In this document: one piece after another, positions 61,740-64,000 of the stretch
Layout: every line of letters begins with the position of its first letter
How positions within the stretch are numbered: the first letter of the stretch is position 1
Source: Macrostomum hystrix
Lineage: Eukaryota; Animalia; Platyhelminthes
DNA: 64,000 nt
NCBI GenBank assembly: GCA_950097015.1
Contig: CATNEN010000001.1
Location: forward strand, 2,046,001-2,110,000
Reading direction: 5' to 3'
Notes under the pieces: model-generated
Databases searched by the model: none
What the model saw: only the letters and a program-made list of their open reading frames with translations
Told to the model about the DNA's origin: nothing
Made by a program: the position numbers and the translations under genes

Positions 61740-63350
61740 ATGTGAAATGTTTTACTGTCCTTACTTTGCGTATTTGCTACAGGTAATTTTTAGTGTTTTA
61801 GAGCAGAACAGGGAGATGCAGGTAATTATTACTACTACAATTTTTACCAAAAATATAATTTAGAACATCGAATATCAACACAGCCTCAGTAACAGACGCG
61901 AACGTCAGCTGCAGCCGCTTCATCCGCTCCCCGGACTCTGTCACAATCGACCCGACAGTCAGCAGTGACGTGATCAGCGAGGCCAGCTCGGCCTCGGTCC
62001 AAGACTGCGTGCTCCGATGCCGCATGAGGGGCTGCGTCGCAGTGAGCCTTCTGCAGAGCAGCCTCGTGTGCCAGCAGCTGTTCATCAAGGACGCCTCGCA
62101 GACAGCCGGACCGCCAGAGAGTCACGTGTGGAGGTCGCTGGGCTCCGAGTCCGATGCCGTCGTTTGGAAGGTAGTCGACATCGAGAACGTCATCAGGATG
62201 AGGAGGCACGTGACAATGCTTAACGCGACAATGCTTTATACAAGTAAATTTTGCTTGAAAATGAGTTTTTCTTGGTGGTTTGAACTTTTGAAATTGAGCA
62301 CACAAAGTCATAAACTACAGATTTTGAGTCAGGCAGACTGGGCACGATCCAACAGCTGACAATCAACTTCACCGGCTTCTACCGCATCGATGCCTGGGGT
62401 ACAGCTTCACCGGAAAGGCTGGCGGTAACGGAGCCTTCATGTCGGGCCGTTTCAGCCTGACTGCCGGCGTTCGGCTGTCAATTCTTGTCGGCCAGGCCGG
62501 CGGACCTGCGATCAACGGCAGCTGCGGAGGAGGTGGTGGAGGAGGTAGCTTCGTGTTCGTCAATAGCCGCAGCCGTCCGCTGGCCGCCGGGGGCGTTGGT
62601 GGAGCGTCCTACTCATTTGTTGGTAAAGAGCTGCACACTTAGTGGCAAATGGTAGCTTTTAAGAAGTGACTTAGGATAACAGAAATTCTTAACAGTTTGT
62701 ATTTCACGCGTGGCTGCAAAGAAGCACACAAAGAAGCAAAGTCTTTTATGTCACTAGTTGTCAATTAGTAAATTGATGGTTTCATTCGATTTTTTAGTTC
62801 TAAGCTCGTTTCTAAAATTATATTCGGTGGAAAAGATAAGCAGTTGAATCTGCACTCATTATTAGGTACATCGGGACAAGCTGGAGTGAATGGATCGGAC
62901 TCGAGCGCTGCCAATGAAAACAGGGGATTCGGAGGCATTAACGGCCATCCTGGCTACAATGAGCCGAGCAGCACCGCATTCGGTTGCAACCACGGTGGCT
63001 GCGGTGCCAGCTGGCTCGGAAAGTCACAAAATCTTAGTCGAAGCGTCTCAGATGGTGATCGAGGCAGCAGCTTCGCCGAGGGCTGGGTCGGGGGCGTCGC
63101 CGGGAACGGAAACACCGGCGATGGCGGCTTCGGAGGCGGCGGCGGAGCTGGCGGAACAGACAACGCCAGGATCGGAGCTGCCGGTGCTGGCGGCGGCTTC
63201 AGCGGAGGCGGCGCCGGTCTCGGAGTCAACCACGCCGGCGGAGGCGGTGGCTCACATTGCGACGGCCTCGACTGCGACGGCGTCACCGGTGGCAACAGGG
63301 TCAAGCTGGAAGGCCGAGTGATCCTGCATCTGGTGTCCTACTTCTGCTGA
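61740..63350 (+). pseudogene. Mosaic B-type pseudogene (inverted paralog of 54268-57158 with a patch from the 58520 gene)
   Basis: ATG TGA (CGA>TGA at codon 2); frameshifting deletion in exon 3 at about 62400; exon 4 (62866-63350) intact. Confidence 0.85.
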
Positions 63351-64000
63351 TGCAACTGAATGCAATTCCCGAATAATTCTATCTCCCTTTTCTAGAAAAA
63401 CAAAAGGATGCGTGGCCTTGAAAATCTTGTGACAAAATCTATAACTATAATTCATTTTTTCAATATTATATACTTGTATTATTTTGTAATATTATATTAA
63501 ATAAGTAGAGAAATCGAAATAATTTGTTAAAACGCAGCGCCATTAGATAAAAGCAGCAACTAGCTCGCCCCAAGCAGTAGTTAAGCTTGGACTATTGTCA
63601 CGATGCATACCTGCATGCTTGTGAGATCAATGTATACTAAGCGAATGTTGGCAATTCAGCATTGAAACTTACAAAGTTTTTATAAAGGAAAAATGCGAAT
63701 TTTAGTTTTTTGTTAGATTTATAGATTACTAGAATTATGTTCATTCTGAAATACATCGTAGAAAAATTATATATTCGTTAAAAAACTGAAATGAGTGTCA
63801 GCAGTATTGAGTAGCTTTAATTAATTATAACTAACAAGAAGAAACGACCACAGGGCCCGGAACAGCATCAGCATCGCAACAGCCTGTCATTACGCATCAG
63901 CCGCTGGAACAACGTCAACAAATGCAGCGCCCGACGGTAAAAACATCGGAGTTTTGGTTCCGCCAGCTAGAGCCACAGTTCACAATTGCCGGCATCGCTA

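Overview
Eukaryotic (invertebrate-like, intron-containing, repeat-rich) DNA. The window is dominated by a cluster of about 16 loci or fragments of one four-exon gene family that the ORF track breaks into pieces. Spliced by hand (GT-AG introns, all phase 1), each gene has exon 1 = signal peptide (40-58 nt), exon 2 = PAN/Apple-like Cys domain (348 nt), and exons 3+4 (321 + 482/485 nt) = an ALK/LTK-type glycine-rich (TNF-like + polyglycine) domain ending in a C-terminal Cys. There is no EGF, transmembrane or kinase part, so the product is a secreted protein of about 397 aa. Five copies look intact, including exon-shuffled chimeras and a 611-aa copy with an in-frame internal duplication. One copy runs off the window edge, and the rest are pseudogenes or relics. 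The cluster has been remodelled by direct and inverted segmental duplications and by many transposons: two LOA/Lian-like APE-RT-RNaseH LINEs, a deleted RNaseH LINE, solo-LTR-like elements, a 4.1-kb minisatellite-laden Helitron, a Crypton (DUF3504) fragment with a terminal hairpin, a Penelope relic, tRNA-derived SINEs and MITEs. Family and domain names come from motif recognition; no database search was run.
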